The notes: generated from the letters alone by a model not told the origin. Shown: positions 12,088 through 25,223, numbered from the stretch's first letter. The stretch: 64,000 nucleotides of DNA from Blepharisma stoltei ATCC 30299 (GCA_965603825.1 CBFDEM010000006.1:186001-250000); one strand, 5' to 3'. Translations and numbers: made by a program.

Positions 12088-13386
12088 ATGGAAAATCTCA
12101 AGGTTCATAAATTTCTACTCAGAAGAACAAGTGAGCAAACAAACCATCCAAAGGTAGGGCTAGAATTCATAGAGCTTATTTTATCAGCTTTAAAAAGAAA
12201 TAATCAAAAATTTTATTTAAATATACCAGAAACAATTGTCTATCTATTCGGCTGCAGTGAACCCCACATGATATACACAAAAGACAACGGACAACTATCA
12301 TGACATGAAGAAATAACTTCAAGCAGGTAAACATTAATTAGTGTGCGTCAATTTTTTAAGCGCTGCTATTATTTTAAAAGAGAGCAGTTTCCTGTTAACA
12401 TAATAAAATCAGATAGAGGTAATTTTTTTGACTCTTGCAAATGCTTGATGAGCACAAAAGAGTGCTATGGGATTTGGAAGCAGCATATTAAATCAGGAAA
12501 TCCAATCCTAGTACAAAGATTTATAATCTGCCCAAAGAAAGAAATATTTAAGATAAGAATCACGTATATCCCTCCCAAAGGCATTTTTTATTGTAAATTA
12601 ATAAAGAATAGGATTGATGTTCTAGGAGAACCTGCCAATCCTATAGAAGGCAAAAGTGGCTGGAAAAAATTTAGAAAATTTTACTCCCATGAGCCTAAAA
12701 AAGTTTTTACAGCTGAAGATAAATTCTTGGTCAGAAAAACTCGAGACTCATCTTATACTGAAAGCGAATTTAGTATAAATGACTCTCTGAGATCACAAAT
12801 GGAGACTTTGAAACGAATAATAGAAAAAGGCAATTTTATTAACGGAAAAACTAATTGCCTAGAGCTCCAAGCAGATTTTGCACAAGATGCCGATGAAAAA
12901 TGGTACTTTCTAAATTTGGTGCATTATAAAACTGAATTTTCTATCCAAAAGAAGCTGAATCCAGCATCATTTGGGCTTATTATGGATCGTATTTCAAGGA
13001 GAACTGCGAAGTCATCTTATGGGAAGCACAAAATCAGCTTAGCAGATAAGACTGTTATTTGCTCATCTCCCAATAATAAGCAAGAACCTGCAATTAGCGT
13101 CACAAACGCCAGACCTCTTTCAGCAGATAAAAAGCGCAATTCCAATTTTCTTTCTCCAAATACATCTGCAGCTAAACTGCTAACAATGTCATCTATGAAA
13201 TTAGATAATTCCCAATCAAGCATTCTTTTAGAAATACCCCATCTTGATGAAAGCAGAAATAGCTCTACAGATTCATTGACAAAAGAAGTTTTAAAAGACT
13301 TGCAATCATTTAGCAGGCGAGAATTTGAAATAAGAAAAAAGCCAAGATCTAAAACAATGAACGTGATTAGGTCTAAAATTAGATAA
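12088..13386 (+). CDS. Uncharacterised protein, possibly a degenerate ATP-grasp-like fold; intron 12327-12341
   Basis: TGA=Trp at 12301 and the 15-nt intron GTAAACATTAATTAG join the two ORFs. LVQRFI and ADFAQDADEKWYFL weakly resemble ATP-grasp segments. Confidence 0.6.
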
Positions 13387-13432
13387 ATTGTAAAAATAAA
13401 AATAAATTCTATTAATAAATTTAAACATTTTC

Positions 13433-14944
13433 ATGATAGCATTATTGATGATTTTGGCGAAACAAAGCTTGGCATATGAAATGCAGTCAGGAGATGATGG
13501 AAAATCATATGGATTTTACACGCTCTATACATATATTGCTCTATGGGGAGTTATGCTATTTTTGATTACAATCAAACAGAACCATATAGGTTTATATGGA
13601 AGCTTTACCCAGTCAATAACTTTTTTACAGTTTGCAAGATGGGTACCTCTGTTAAATTTTTCAACAAGCTCATATTATAAAGAATTCTGATTATCTATCA
13701 ACTACTTTTTCGAAGGATATAGATACACATGAACAACATATAGGCCTGAACAGCCAAATTTTGAAAAAAATAGAATTGAAACAACTTTATTTTTGGAGAA
13801 TGCTGAGCAATACTTCTTTTTGCTAATTATTTGTGTGCTTCTCTTTATTTTTATTCCAAATATACGGGTTGATTATAGACGCACAAGGCCTCAATTTTCT
13901 ATCTTGTCTTGGGTATTTTTAGTTTCATGTTTAGATTTGACTCTTTATGGATTTGTTCAGCTAAATCAAGTATTTTTTATACAGATTTCTGATTCTGGAG
14001 TTGTTATAATAATAAGTGTTGTTCTTGCTTTAATGGGGATTGTGTGGATTTTTTTAACAGGCTTCTTTGTTGCTGTTTCAATAGCAAAGGAGAAAACTGA
14101 GCATTCTTTTATACGATATTTTGTAAAAGAGTTTAAGCAAACATGAGTAATTTTGCATCTTTATTACCCATTTTTTATTATTTCAAGAGTTTCATTCAGC
14201 TTACTTCTTACTTTTGCATATAACCATCCTTATGTCCAATGCATTATCATGCTTTCAATCGAGTGTTTTTTAAGTAATTTTTACATAGTATTATATCTGC
14301 TTGTATGCTTGCCCTTTAGTGTGATAAGAAACTCAATTTTTACCATCCTCTATCATATTTACGAAGCTGCCCTTTTAGTACTTGTTATTTTATACGATAA
14401 AAATTATGGCTCAGAGTTTATTCTGAACAATATATCCTCATGAATTTGCTGGTCAGGGATTTTCATTGCATTGCTTAGATTTATCAGTGATTTTATATGA
14501 TCAATACCATCAAAAATTATTGTTCAAGACGCTAAAATTGAAGAAGAAATCCAAAACTCAAATAAAAATGATATTTCGGTTAACGCATCTGTTGAAGAAA
14601 CGATGATAAATGTAAACCATAATAAAGAAAATAAAGAGATTCCTGTAAAACGTAACAGAGAGGATAGAGGCAGCATTTCTTCTCTGCTGCAAGACCAAAA
14701 GGCTCTTCCAGGAACTCATGATACAAATAGAACTCAAAACCGTATACAAGACTCCCCAATAATTGTATCAGATCTAGAATCAGAGTATATACCTGCCACT
14801 AAGCCTATGAAAAATATGGTCAGTCCTACATACTCAGAACGAACAGATTATTTAAGACTAAAAATCCCTGACCCAAGAGTTTTTTCAAGTGGCAGCAAGC
14901 ATTCAAATATTAATGCAATGACTGTTAAAAATATAAGAAATTAA
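13433..14944 (+). CDS. Signal peptide plus multi-pass membrane protein with a disordered C-tail; probable in-frame introns 13970-13984 and 14274-14288
   Basis: Four ORFs in one frame are linked by TGA codons. There are about 7-8 hydrophobic helices and two 15-nt GT..A(10)..AG segments. Confidence 0.7.
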
Positions 14945-16104
14945 TCATCTTCATTAAAATCTTGTGATTCTTTGACTTTGAGCATCCTGAAGTGAGATTT
15001 CTCTTTAAGCAGCGAAAGCATGACTCCATCTGTGATAGCGCTGGCTGCGATCAAAAGACCCAAAGCTGAAGAAATTTGTAGCACAATCTTATAGAGCGAA
15101 ATCCCAATATAAACCCCTAGTGAGTCGAATAGAAACCTTACACCTTTCATATGGTATAAATCTCTATAGAGCGTATCGCCTTCTCTGTAGTAGTGGGCAT
15201 ATTGAATGCTATACCCACCTCCGTCCACTTCATCAAGTCTTCTCGCTTGCATATGTGTGTTGCAGTCTTCAAAAGGATTTGCTACACAGAGAACTACAAC
15301 TGAGACTTGAATAACAGCGCCTTTATCAGTGATATCTGAAAAATTGCTCCCAGTTAAGAGTGTTATATCATTAACTTCCCATGCATTAGAATTCGGTCCT
15401 GGATACAGCTCAATATCATCTGTGCTGTATGTATCTTTTGTAGTTGAACCCACCATGTCAAATTCTACCTTTCATCTGGCCCATAAAATTTGGTGAGATG
15501 CTCCTTCTAGATAATATATAACTGAGGTATCATTATTTTCGGGAGGACACCATTTCCAAGAGCCACAGCCTTTGGTGCCTTCTGAAGTGTCCTGACAATG
15601 GTTTCCTTCAATTACATTGGGAAGATCGATAGGGTCACAATCATCATCTGTTTCGCAATATAAGAGAGGATCCACACATAGGCCGTAGGTTTGTTTTTTT
15701 GTTATTATAACTTTGCTTGGGACGAATGCTGAGACTGTTTCATGGCCCCAAGGGTTTTCTTCAGTGATATCTCAGACATATTCGTTATCGCCTGTAGATC
15801 TTGCACTGCCAATTAAGGTCACGTAAATATCTCCATTGACTTTTTCTATGTCTAGGTATTGCTTGTTTATTAAGAATACAACTATAATCAAATATAGCAA
15901 AATCACGACAAAGCTGATTTTATAAATATATCCTAGTCGGCGATCTTTAATTGATACATCTTTTGAAGTTTGGTAGTCTTTCAAAAAGCTCATAAAATCT
16001 TTGAAGCGCTGTCATCTGGTGCGTGGGACAACTTCTTCTTCGTCTTCGTCTCTCATTTCTCCGTTGTTTAGAGGGTTTTCTTCATCTTCATCTCTTTCGC
16101 TCAT
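14941..16104 (-). CDS. P2X purinoceptor-like ion channel
   Basis: Single frame with TGA=Trp. Motifs YQTSK (YxTxK), TM1, YV-W-D, GVC...WCP, GYSIQYAHYY...RDLYHMKGVRF, TM2 with conserved Asp, and C-terminal FRMLK. Confidence 0.85.
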
Positions 16105-16227
16105 TGTATAAATGGAATTTTAGTATCTGTTTTTTAAATTGGTTTTATAGGTTCGATAGTTAGATATCGGTAATGGTCAAATTTTTAATGAAAATAGATA
16201 GATACAAATCTTTAAGCTAGAAATAAT

Positions 16228-17610
16228 TTAAGTGCTAATGTTATATATAGTTTTTAGCTTTGTAAGCTCTTTTTCAATTTTCAATGCTTCTTCCTGCAGC
16301 TGCTCATCACTTTTATCTGAAGCTTCCCATTTCCAGCGCCTAAAGAAGTTTTCAGTGCCCATCCTCTGCACTAAGCAAAGCCTGCTGACAATCCACCTTT
16401 TGAATTTATTATCCTTTGCTCGTATCAATTTCCTAAGCCTCTCACTTATTTCTTCATAACTTTCCTGCATTTCTTCACATTTTCTTTGCAGCTCTTCCAC
16501 AGCTTCTTCCATTTGTTTAAAAGTTGATTCTAAGTCTATTGAACTTTTTCCAATGAGATGTCTAAGATATTTCACGAGATTTTTTAACTTGGTTTCATTT
16601 CTCAGCTCACTATGGAGCTGAATTTTTAAGGTCTCATAAGGTTTCAGCTGTGATTGTAAAAGCGCATTTCTAAAGATGTGCTGTTTTCCATGAGAAGACT
16701 TTTCTTGGATTTCATCAACACTTTTTTGGTAAAGAAGCTGAGCTTTTTCTTTTTCTTCGTCTAGCTTGGTATGCTGTTCAATAAAATCTTCATCCTCAAT
16801 AATTTGTAGTTTCATTATTTCAATTAAATTATCTTTATCTTCGATTTGGGATTTTATTGCTGCCATTTGATCAGATATTATTTTCCCGTCTTCTGACTTC
16901 ATCTTGTCCCATTTGGCTTGCAGATCTTCTTTTTCTGCTACTGTTTTGTCTAATTTTGCCTGTGCATGCTTTATGTTTTCAACTTTAATTAAATAATCCT
17001 TTTTAAAGTGTTGGTATTTCAATCGTCTTTGTACAATCTCAATTTCTTTTTCTAAGTCACATCTATATTTTAGTCCCATTGAGACACTTCTGACTGTTTC
17101 ATCTTCTCCTTCTTCAATTAACCTTTCTTTTTCTCTTATCCTACTTAAATTGACTTTTAAACTATGGTATCCCTCTACAAGATCTTCAATTTTGTCTATT
17201 TCGGCAGAAATAATGTCGGACTTTGTCAGGTTCATCTCTTGGACTTTTTCAATTAGTCTTGCAAGATTAAGGCAAACCCTGGATTCTATTTTTGATTCCT
17301 CAAATCTTAGGCTAATATAGTTATTTTGCGGTTCAGGAATGTCGTCAAGAGCTTTAATATTTGCAACTAGATTTTCAATATCGATTCCTTCAACTCCTAT
17401 GTACTGATTAAGGCACTGAATTGAACTGAGTGCTCGTAATTGTTCTTGATGGACAATAAATTTGAAGCTTTCGTTTGGATCAATTTCTGAAATTTCATAT
17501 TCTTCTTGTCGACGCTTTAATTTTTGTTCAAGTTCGTGGCTTATCTTTCTTTGGGTGTCTAGCTCAGCTTTTAGTTTTTGCAGTTTTTTCTTGTTTAAGA
17601 TTGCACCCAT
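16228..17610 (-). CDS. Coiled-coil protein with Met-Gly N-terminus
   Basis: Long E/K/Q-rich ORF; first ATG at 17610. Confidence 0.7.
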   Translation of the reverse strand: MGAILNKKKLQKLKAELDTQRKISHELEQKLKRRQEEYEISEIDPNESFKFIVHQEQLRALSSIQCLNQYIGVEGIDIENLVANIKALDDIPEPQNNYISLRFEESKIESRVCLNLARLIEKVQEMNLTKSDIISAEIDKIEDLVEGYHSLKVNLSRIREKERLIEEGEDETVRSVSMGLKYRCDLEKEIEIVQRRLKYQHFKKDYLIKVENIKHAQAKLDKTVAEKEDLQAKWDKMKSEDGKIISDQMAAIKSQIEDKDNLIEIMKLQIIEDEDFIEQHTKLDEEKEKAQLLYQKSVDEIQEKSSHGKQHIFRNALLQSQLKPYETLKIQLHSELRNETKLKNLVKYLRHLIGKSSIDLESTFKQMEEAVEELQRKCEEMQESYEEISERLRKLIRAKDNKFKRWIVSRLCLVQRMGTENFFRRWKWEASDKSDEQLQEEALKIEKELTKLKTIYNIST

Positions 17611-18234
17611 ATTTATTAAGAATTTATTAAGGTCCACTTGAAGCTAAACTATTCTTGCAGCAATATATTTATGCAAACAGTTTTCTAGTTGTTTAGGGCT
17701 TCAAATATCGAAAAAGTAAACTAAACAATAAAATTTTAAAAGAAAATTATTTGATATACTCGAAATTATAGGCTAAATTAATTAAATCTAAATCTATTTC
17801 ATTTTAAATCAAAATCATATTGTTAGGGTCTTTTGATCTTTTAATGAAATAATATCCTTAGATTTTATAGCTTCTACGTTGAGAATCACAAAATTTATCT
17901 TATAAAAGTGTGTATTTTTTAATAAAAAGCATATATAGATTATACATAAAAAGCTTAAAATAGCTTAATGTTTATAGTTGGCATAATCGACTACTGTTTA
18001 ATCTTGTAATTCCTGCTCTTTGTGATTTGATAAGCAAGAAGATTTTATTTAATGAATTATCAATAGAATTTATAAACACCTTTTTCAAATTGAATATACA
18101 AAAGTGTTCTGCTTATTTTATTTGAAGTCCTTTCAATTTACATAATAAATGTAGATTCTATTGTGCATATGATTTAAAAATGCTTATTTTACAATTATTT
18201 TTACAATTCTACAATAATTCTAAAAGCGGATCAA

Positions 18235-19839
18235 ATGAAAAAAGCTAAATTGAAGAGATCCAATAGCTCCGCGGTAAAAGCGCCAATGCCAAAAGAAATC
18301 GCACCTAAGGCAAAAAAGGTTGAAAGTATCCAACAAGAAAGTATCGAATCAGATGAAGAATATGTAGTGTACAAAGTGGACAGCCCTAAAGTCATCAGCA
18401 TTTCCAATGATTCTAAAACTCCGACCGGCAACCCCACAAGTGATTATACTCCTCGAAAATTTAACCAAAATCCAAGTTCAGCACCTTTTAAAAAGATAGC
18501 GCAGTGTGATCAAATTATAAGCAATCAGAATGACAAGGACACTCTAAAAGGTGATTTTCCTATTATAAAGCCGCAGCCACAAATAATTCTATATGACGAA
18601 AACGAGGATTATGAAAGTTTACCAAACCTCGAGCCTCCAAATCATGAATTACTCCAAAAGGAAGTTTTAATAAGCAAATATGAGTTAAATTTAAAGGAAA
18701 AAGAAAATGTAATAAACAAATATCAGGCAAATTTAAAAGATCAAGAAAATGTAATAAAAAAATTAAATACAGAAATTGATAAGAAAAATGAAGAAAATAA
18801 ACAGCAAAAGCAAGCTTTTGAGTCGATTCTTAAGCTTGCTTTGAGCCTTTCTTTATATTTAGATTCAAAAGCTTTAATAAAAAGTGAAAATTCTCGTGAA
18901 ATTTTATGAGAAGCTCAAGCATTGAGCAAATCCTTTAAAAACGATAAAAGACTGCAGAAAATTAGTGAGAATACTGAAAAATCTGTGATGTGCATTTATT
19001 GTGCTAAAAATATAAGTGAGATGTTTCTTTCTTGCTCTCACAGCTATTGTAAGAAATGCATTTACGACATCCTGCACTTAGGAACAAATGGCCTTTTCTT
19101 TTTAACAACTTATGAAAAACAAAAATATGGAGTTTTCTGTAGAGAATGCAATAAAACTATTGAAGAAGATGACATAAAGAGCATACTAAACGCCGATGAC
19201 TGACAAAATTGAGAAAACCTCCGCAACCAAAGGCAGATTGACCAAGAAAACGAGTTTGAGCGCTTAAAATTATGCCAAAAATGCAAAATCAAAAAAGACG
19301 TATCACTTTTCTATCATAGAGACCCCTGCAAGCACATGTGCAAAGAATGCATCCTTGAATCAATTTCAGAAGGAAAAACAACGTGTATTTGCTTAAAGAA
19401 GTTTACTTTTGTTCAAGTTGCCAAACAAGAGTTAGGCATTTGTGATGGATGCAATCAAGAGCTCAGCTACGTTTATGATTACTTGACCACTCTTTGTGAT
19501 GGACATAAGCACTGCAAAAAATGCTTGAAGGAAGTTTATGAAACTGATATGTCATGCAAAGTTTGCCAAAAGCAGCTTAATGGAGCTTCGTTTGAAAAGT
19601 TGATGAAGGTTGTTCGGAGACAGTGTGAAAATTGCCAGCAGTACTTTGAAAAAGAGCATTTTGTCAAAAAAGCATGCTGCGATTCAAATATTTGTATAGT
19701 GTGTCAAGGACAGAAAGAGAATAGCAAGCTTTGTATGGTTTGCAATAGTCTGCTTGAAGGTCCTGTTTGTAAGCAGATTATGGATGTTGTTAAACTGAGA
19801 GAAAATATGCGAGATGCTGCAAAAATTCTGGAAAATTAA
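18235..19839 (+). CDS. Disordered/coiled-coil N-terminus plus multiple tandem RING-like zinc fingers
   Basis: Three ORFs in one frame joined through TGA at 18907, 19201 and 19210. LSCSHSYCKKC motif; Cys pattern collinear with 5051-6421. Confidence 0.78.
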
Positions 19840-20254
19840 TAATAATTCGGCAAATGCGATTGATAATTTAAGTTTATGCCTAATTTCATATATGATAAAA
19901 TAATTTTGTCGAGTCTTCCATATAGGATATCATCCGCCAGTTAAAAAATTATAAATATTATAACTCTATGGGTAGAAATGATAATAGATACAGAGTTTCT
20001 CATAAGTTAAAAAAATATATGAGATTTAAATTTTTGCATATGACCAAAATGTTTTTTATTATTACTTATAGCTTCGCTAATTTAAATTAGTAAAATTTCT
20101 AATTACTTGAAAGCTTCATGTTTTTAACTTATTAACAAAATAAATCTATCATTTATTCGCTATAAAACTTAAATAATCATCAAAAAATCATAAACTCTTT
20201 TCGTTTTTTTAATTTTCTAATTGATGAAAATTCCTTTCCATTTTTTAATAAAGC

Positions 20255-20800
20255 ATGTTCGGAGAGACACTATCAGTACTTCTATCATTTACAACATTAG
20301 GTATGATTATTGCTGCCAAAGTAGATATAAACTCACTAGACTTGGATTCGTCTCCCAGAGCCTTTTATGACCTCAAGCATAGCAACTCATCTCCATTAAT
20401 CCCAATCCAAATCCTCGTAGTAATAGCTGATTGTATTTTATTTACCTTAGCTCTGCGGACTTATTTAAAGCGTAAGTCACCTTTAGCTTTGAGTATGGAA
20501 AATTCCCCCTTTTCCAATTACTGTGTTAATCAGTCCTTTATATTTCTAACGAAAGGGGTAGGTCTGATGCTTTTAATGATTTTTGTGATTATCTGTCTGC
20601 TGGACCTTGAAAATGTCAGTGAATTGTACTCATATGATATAAGCTACCAAAGAATAGAGAGTGAGATCAGTGATTTAGCTACTTTGCTAGAAGTTCATTT
20701 CATATTAAGTTTTTTCATGTATACAATTATGCTTATTTTATGCGGCACAGGATGCTTTAATGCAGGCCAAAGAGCATCTAAAGTGGTTGATGCATTATAA
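20255..20800 (+). CDS. Small multi-pass membrane protein
   Basis: 181-aa ORF with about 4 hydrophobic segments. Confidence 0.65.
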   Translation: MFGETLSVLLSFTTLGMIIAAKVDINSLDLDSSPRAFYDLKHSNSSPLIPIQILVVIADCILFTLALRTYLKRKSPLALSMENSPFSNYCVNQSFIFLTKGVGLMLLMIFVIICLLDLENVSELYSYDISYQRIESEISDLATLLEVHFILSFFMYTIMLILCGTGCFNAGQRASKVVDAL

Positions 20801-20874
20801 AATAAATATAAAATTTATTATTAAAAAATAAGCTTAGCTTTCATTGTTTTATTTTCATACTAGTTTACTTATAA

Positions 20875-21349
20875 TTAGCTAGTAGCTGGCGCTGTTGCTG
20901 TAACTAAGGGTAAATTTTCATCGGAGTTTTGAAGCCTCCAAAAGATCTCGTCCGTGACTTTGACTGTTTGTTCTGACTCACATATTTCGTCCCAGCTATA
21001 TCTTTTTCCGTTGATATAGACAACCCAGACTTTTCCTTCTTGAGGCTTCTCTTTTTCAATTTCTACACCCAGTAATTGTTGAACAAAATACTCATATCGG
21101 TCTTCCTTTTCATTGTAAATTGAAATAAAGTTTGCTTTCACGTAATCGCCTTGATTTTTATCAAAACTAAGCAAATTCATAACTGTTGGCAGAGGCATAA
21201 TTTCGTAATTTGTAGGAAGATCGAACTCTGCAAGCTGATTATTTTTAGGGTTCATTATTTTTAAATGAAATTTTGGGATAGCCTAGGCTATTGGTTACCA
21301 TCTGTCGGATTGAGTTGCTTCGTTTTGCATGACTTGCTCCACAGCCCAT
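20875..21349 (-). CDS. N-acylated (MGCGAS) protein with a ubiquitin-like/DUF4430-like domain; intron 21283-21298 (16 nt)
   Basis: ATG GGC TGT at 21349. The intron GTAACCAATAGCCTAG restores the frame. Motif FVQQLLGVE...WVVYING. Confidence 0.68.
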
Positions 21350-21618
21350 ATTTAAAATATATCCGTAAAAACTCACTTTAACTAGTAGCTATTTTTTTCA
21401 ATATGTCATCTAAATGATTCAAACTTTTAAGTCAAACTGAAGCCTTGCTTTAAAATAATTAATTGCAAAATCAACGATTTTTACTTTTAATCTAAAATGC
21501 CAATGTCAATAATTACTATATCCAGAAATTTAAAAAATCTTTCTTATTTTTCTTTAAAGCAGCTTGAGAATTTTAAATTTTCGTTTCTCTAATAGGTTGT
21601 ATATTTTTATCATAATAG

Positions 21619-23397
21619 ATGGCTTTGAGCTCAAGATCATCAGTACGAAAATCATCATCTAAGGATTCTACCAGCAACGAAGGACTAATTGAAGAGCAAA
21701 TAGTTAAGCCAAGCGGCGAAGTGACTATTCGAAGATATTCCAAAGGGAAATTTTTAGGTAAAGGAGGGTTTGCTAGAGTTTACGAACTCACAAGTTTAGA
21801 AACTCGCAAAGTCTACGCTGGAAAAGTCGTTGTAAAGGCCTCACTCACAAAATCCCGAGCCAAACAAAAGTTGATGTCAGAAATAAAAATCCACCGATCT
21901 TTGCGGCATACAAATATAGTCAGTTTTGAACATTTTTTCGAAGACAATGAAAACGTTTACATTTTGCTTGAGCTTTGTCCAAATCAAACTATGAGCGAGC
22001 TTCTCAGGCGTCGTAAAAGACTGACTGAGCTTGAAGTTCAATGCTACTCAATTCAAATAATTTCAGCGCTGAAGTATTTGCATGCCAAAAAAGTGATCCA
22101 CAGAGACTTAAAAATTGGAAATCTGTTTATCAGTGAAAAAATGGAAATCAAGCTAGGCGACTTTGGATTGGCAAGTAAGCTTGAATATGATGGCCAGATG
22201 CGAAAAACTATATGTGGGACGCCAAATTATATTGCGCCTGAAATTTTGGATGGGAAAGAAGGCCACAGCTATGAGGTCGATATCTGGTCGTTTGGGGTTA
22301 TCCTTTATACACTTCTGATTGGAAAACCCCCTTTTGAGACCAATGACGTAAAAAAGACTTATAACTTGATCAAAATGAATGCTTACTCATTTCCGGATTC
22401 AGTAAGAATATCGGAACAAGCTAGAAGCTTGATAACTCGAATTTTAAGGACTGAGCCTTCCAGAAGGCCAAATCTTGATGAAATATTAGAGCATGATTTT
22501 TTCCATATGGGACACTCAATCCCTCAGTTTTTACCTATAAGTACACTTGCAGTTCCTCCCTCTGACAAATACATTAAACAGTTTTTGCCTTCATCAATGG
22601 GGACTCAGCAGCAGCCTACTACAGATACTGCTCCATTAAAGCTTTCTCGCAACACCCTTACACTTACTTCTCCCAGAGACATGGCAGCTTCTCTAAGACC
22701 TAAAACCCATGGCACCCGAAACTCTGTTGAAAACACCCAAAGGACCTTATCCCCCAAAGTCACTGAAGTCGCTTCAATCAAAGCAAAAAACGAGCCCCAA
22801 ACCCAAAACATTTGGGTGAAAAAATGAGTTGACTATTCAAGCAAATACGGTCTTGGGTATATTTTATCAAATGGATGCGCAGGAGTCTACTTTAACGACT
22901 CATGCAAAATTATAATTGAACCGAACTCAACACAATTTTATTATGTTGAGAGAACAACTGACAGAAGAGACATCATTTTTTCTTATTCCCTTGACAATTA
23001 CCCTAAAAGCCTTCACAAAAAAGTCGCTTTGCTACAGCATTTTAAGAATTACTTGGAAACTGAAGGGGATTCTCCAGTAGCCCAAGAGCTACATTTTTCC
23101 AACGAAAATCCACCTCCTTATGTAAAAAAATGGATGAGGACGAAGCGTGCAATTTTGTTTAGGCTTTCTAATAAGATTGTACAGGTGAGCTTCCAGGATC
23201 AGACTGAAGTTATTCTGTCAAGTGAAGAAAAAGTAGTGACTTATGTTAATAAAAAAGCTGAAAGAATCACTATTCCACTTGCAGAAGCACTGGAAAGCAC
23301 ACATGGGGAAATGGCGAAAAGGCTAAAGTATACACGAGATATTTTGAATTATATGATGAATGGACAAGTTAATGGAGGAACTGGAAGTCCGACATAG
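21619..23397 (+). CDS. PLK1: Polo-like kinase
   Basis: Kinase motifs GKGGFA, HRDLK, DFGLA and ICGTPNY. Polo boxes VKK(TGA=W)VDYSSKYGLGY and KKWMRT...FRLSNKIVQVSF. Confidence 0.95.
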
Positions 23398-23437
23398 ATA
23401 ATATTTTAATGATAGAATTAATTGGTATAAGTTAGCT

Positions 23438-24733
23438 TTAGTTAATCAAAAATCTAAATATATTTTTTCTTGTTGCCCATAAATATCCAACCATTGCTAA
23501 AGCAGAAAACAGCACTCCTATTATAAAGATTCCACTGCTTGAATTGTGGTCTTTTTCAATCTTAATTCTTGGCTTTAAACAAGTTTTCATTAGATCGAAC
23601 TCTACAGGAGCAGAATCTTTTATTGGAATTGTCACTTTAACTCTAGTGATTCCATCACTTATGCACCTATATCGTAATTCAAAGAGAGATGGGCTTGTGT
23701 TAATGTCCTTGGAATAACGAATCATCTCAGGCTGCAAAATGTGTTGGTTTGTGGTGAGCTTTGGAGTGTCTATTTTTATAGGAGTTTTATGAGAAATAAA
23801 AAAATTTGTCCAGTATTCAGTGCTCGGTATGCTTGTGTAATCTTTCAGAACTTTCCCGTCCTGGACAATATCATATATGCTAGGCTCAGTTCCTACGTTT
23901 AATGTTGTTGCTTGAAGTGTATCAGCTTCTGGGACTATTTGTTTTCATTTAAATATCACTGGCTTATAAGGATCAATATGCAATGTGATTTCAACAAACC
24001 CAGATCCAGGAGCTAGAAATAATAAACTTATGATTTTTTGCCCTGGGATAAGATAATGCAAATTTATAGCGGACCCTCTTGCATTGTACCTAAGATCTGT
24101 TTTAATTTCTATTTCTTTTAATAGCTGTACTCCTAAATCAATATACAAGCTGAATCCCACATTATGCCCGGTAACCTCTTTTGTTCCGTTTTTCCATTCA
24201 TCTACAGTTTCTCCTTCATCTACAATTGTGACTTCAAAAGACCCTTCCCCAAAATAAATCATCAAATCATCTCTAACCCCTGATTCACATTTTTTTGTGA
24301 AATCTAAATAATAGCTATTGCCTCCATCCCATATTTCTATGCTGACAACATTAGAGTCATCAGATACGCACTCAAACTCAACAAGGAAAATCTGAACGTC
24401 TGCATCACAAAGGGTCATAGTTATGTTTTGATTTTTCAAGTTGCTATGCTCTTTCTCAGATATAGAAACTTTTAAGGTTTCTCCTAAAGATGTAGCAGCT
24501 ATCGAGATATTCCTGGGCTCATTATTTTCAGTCCAAATATAAAATTTTTTGAAAGATGAGACATCGATTTCTTTGTCTGAAAAAGCTTCTTGTTTTCACT
24601 CAGGCTGGATTTCGCAGTTTTCGATAATATCAGCTGGCTTATTAGTGTCATAAAAACTTGACAAAAATAGAGAAAGTTCAATATTTTCATGACTTCTTAC
24701 TAGAGTCAAAGTCACTATCAAAATGATAATCAT
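23438..24733 (-). CDS. Type I membrane protein with three repeated extracellular domains
   Basis: One frame from ATG 24733 with TGA=Trp. Signal peptide, repeats DIIENCEIQPEW / TIVDEGETVDEW / DIVQDGKVLKDY, and a C-terminal TM helix. Confidence 0.75.
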
Positions 24734-24757
24734 GTAAATTTCTTATTTATTATATAA

Positions 24758-25192
24758 TTATGCACTTTTTGGCTTATCGTTTTCATCTTCTATCATACGA
24801 CTCAAAGTGGAGAATAATTCTGATTGCTTTAAACCATTTAGCAAGCCTAACGTTTTGGAATGATTTGATATAAGCTTCGCAAGCTTATTTTTAAAGAAAT
24901 GAAGCTTAGGTTCTTTAATAGTAGCATAATCAACCTCATGTGCTAAATCCTGCAGCTTCGATATAGACTCTTCTGCGATTTCTCCTATTTCTCTGTATCG
25001 ATCATATTGTCCAAACAAGCTACGATCTTCAAATCCTCTTATGACTGCCAAATTTCGCTTTTTGTTTACTTTATTTTCTTCATGCTGAACAAGCGATCTG
25101 TTTATATTTCTATAAGAAGTCGCCTTTGATAACTCAATAGATTTCTCAAGCCAACTACTTATAGTATCTAAACTTGGGCTGTGTGGGTTCAT
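24758..25192 (-). CDS. Hypothetical protein
   Basis: 144-aa ATG-TAA ORF with coding-like composition. Confidence 0.6.
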   Translation of the reverse strand: MNPHSPSLDTISSWLEKSIELSKATSYRNINRSLVQHEENKVNKKRNLAVIRGFEDRSLFGQYDRYREIGEIAEESISKLQDLAHEVDYATIKEPKLHFFKNKLAKLISNHSKTLGLLNGLKQSELFSTLSRMIEDENDKPKSA

Positions 25193-25223
25193 TGCTCTAC
25201 CATTTATAACAAAATTACCAAAT

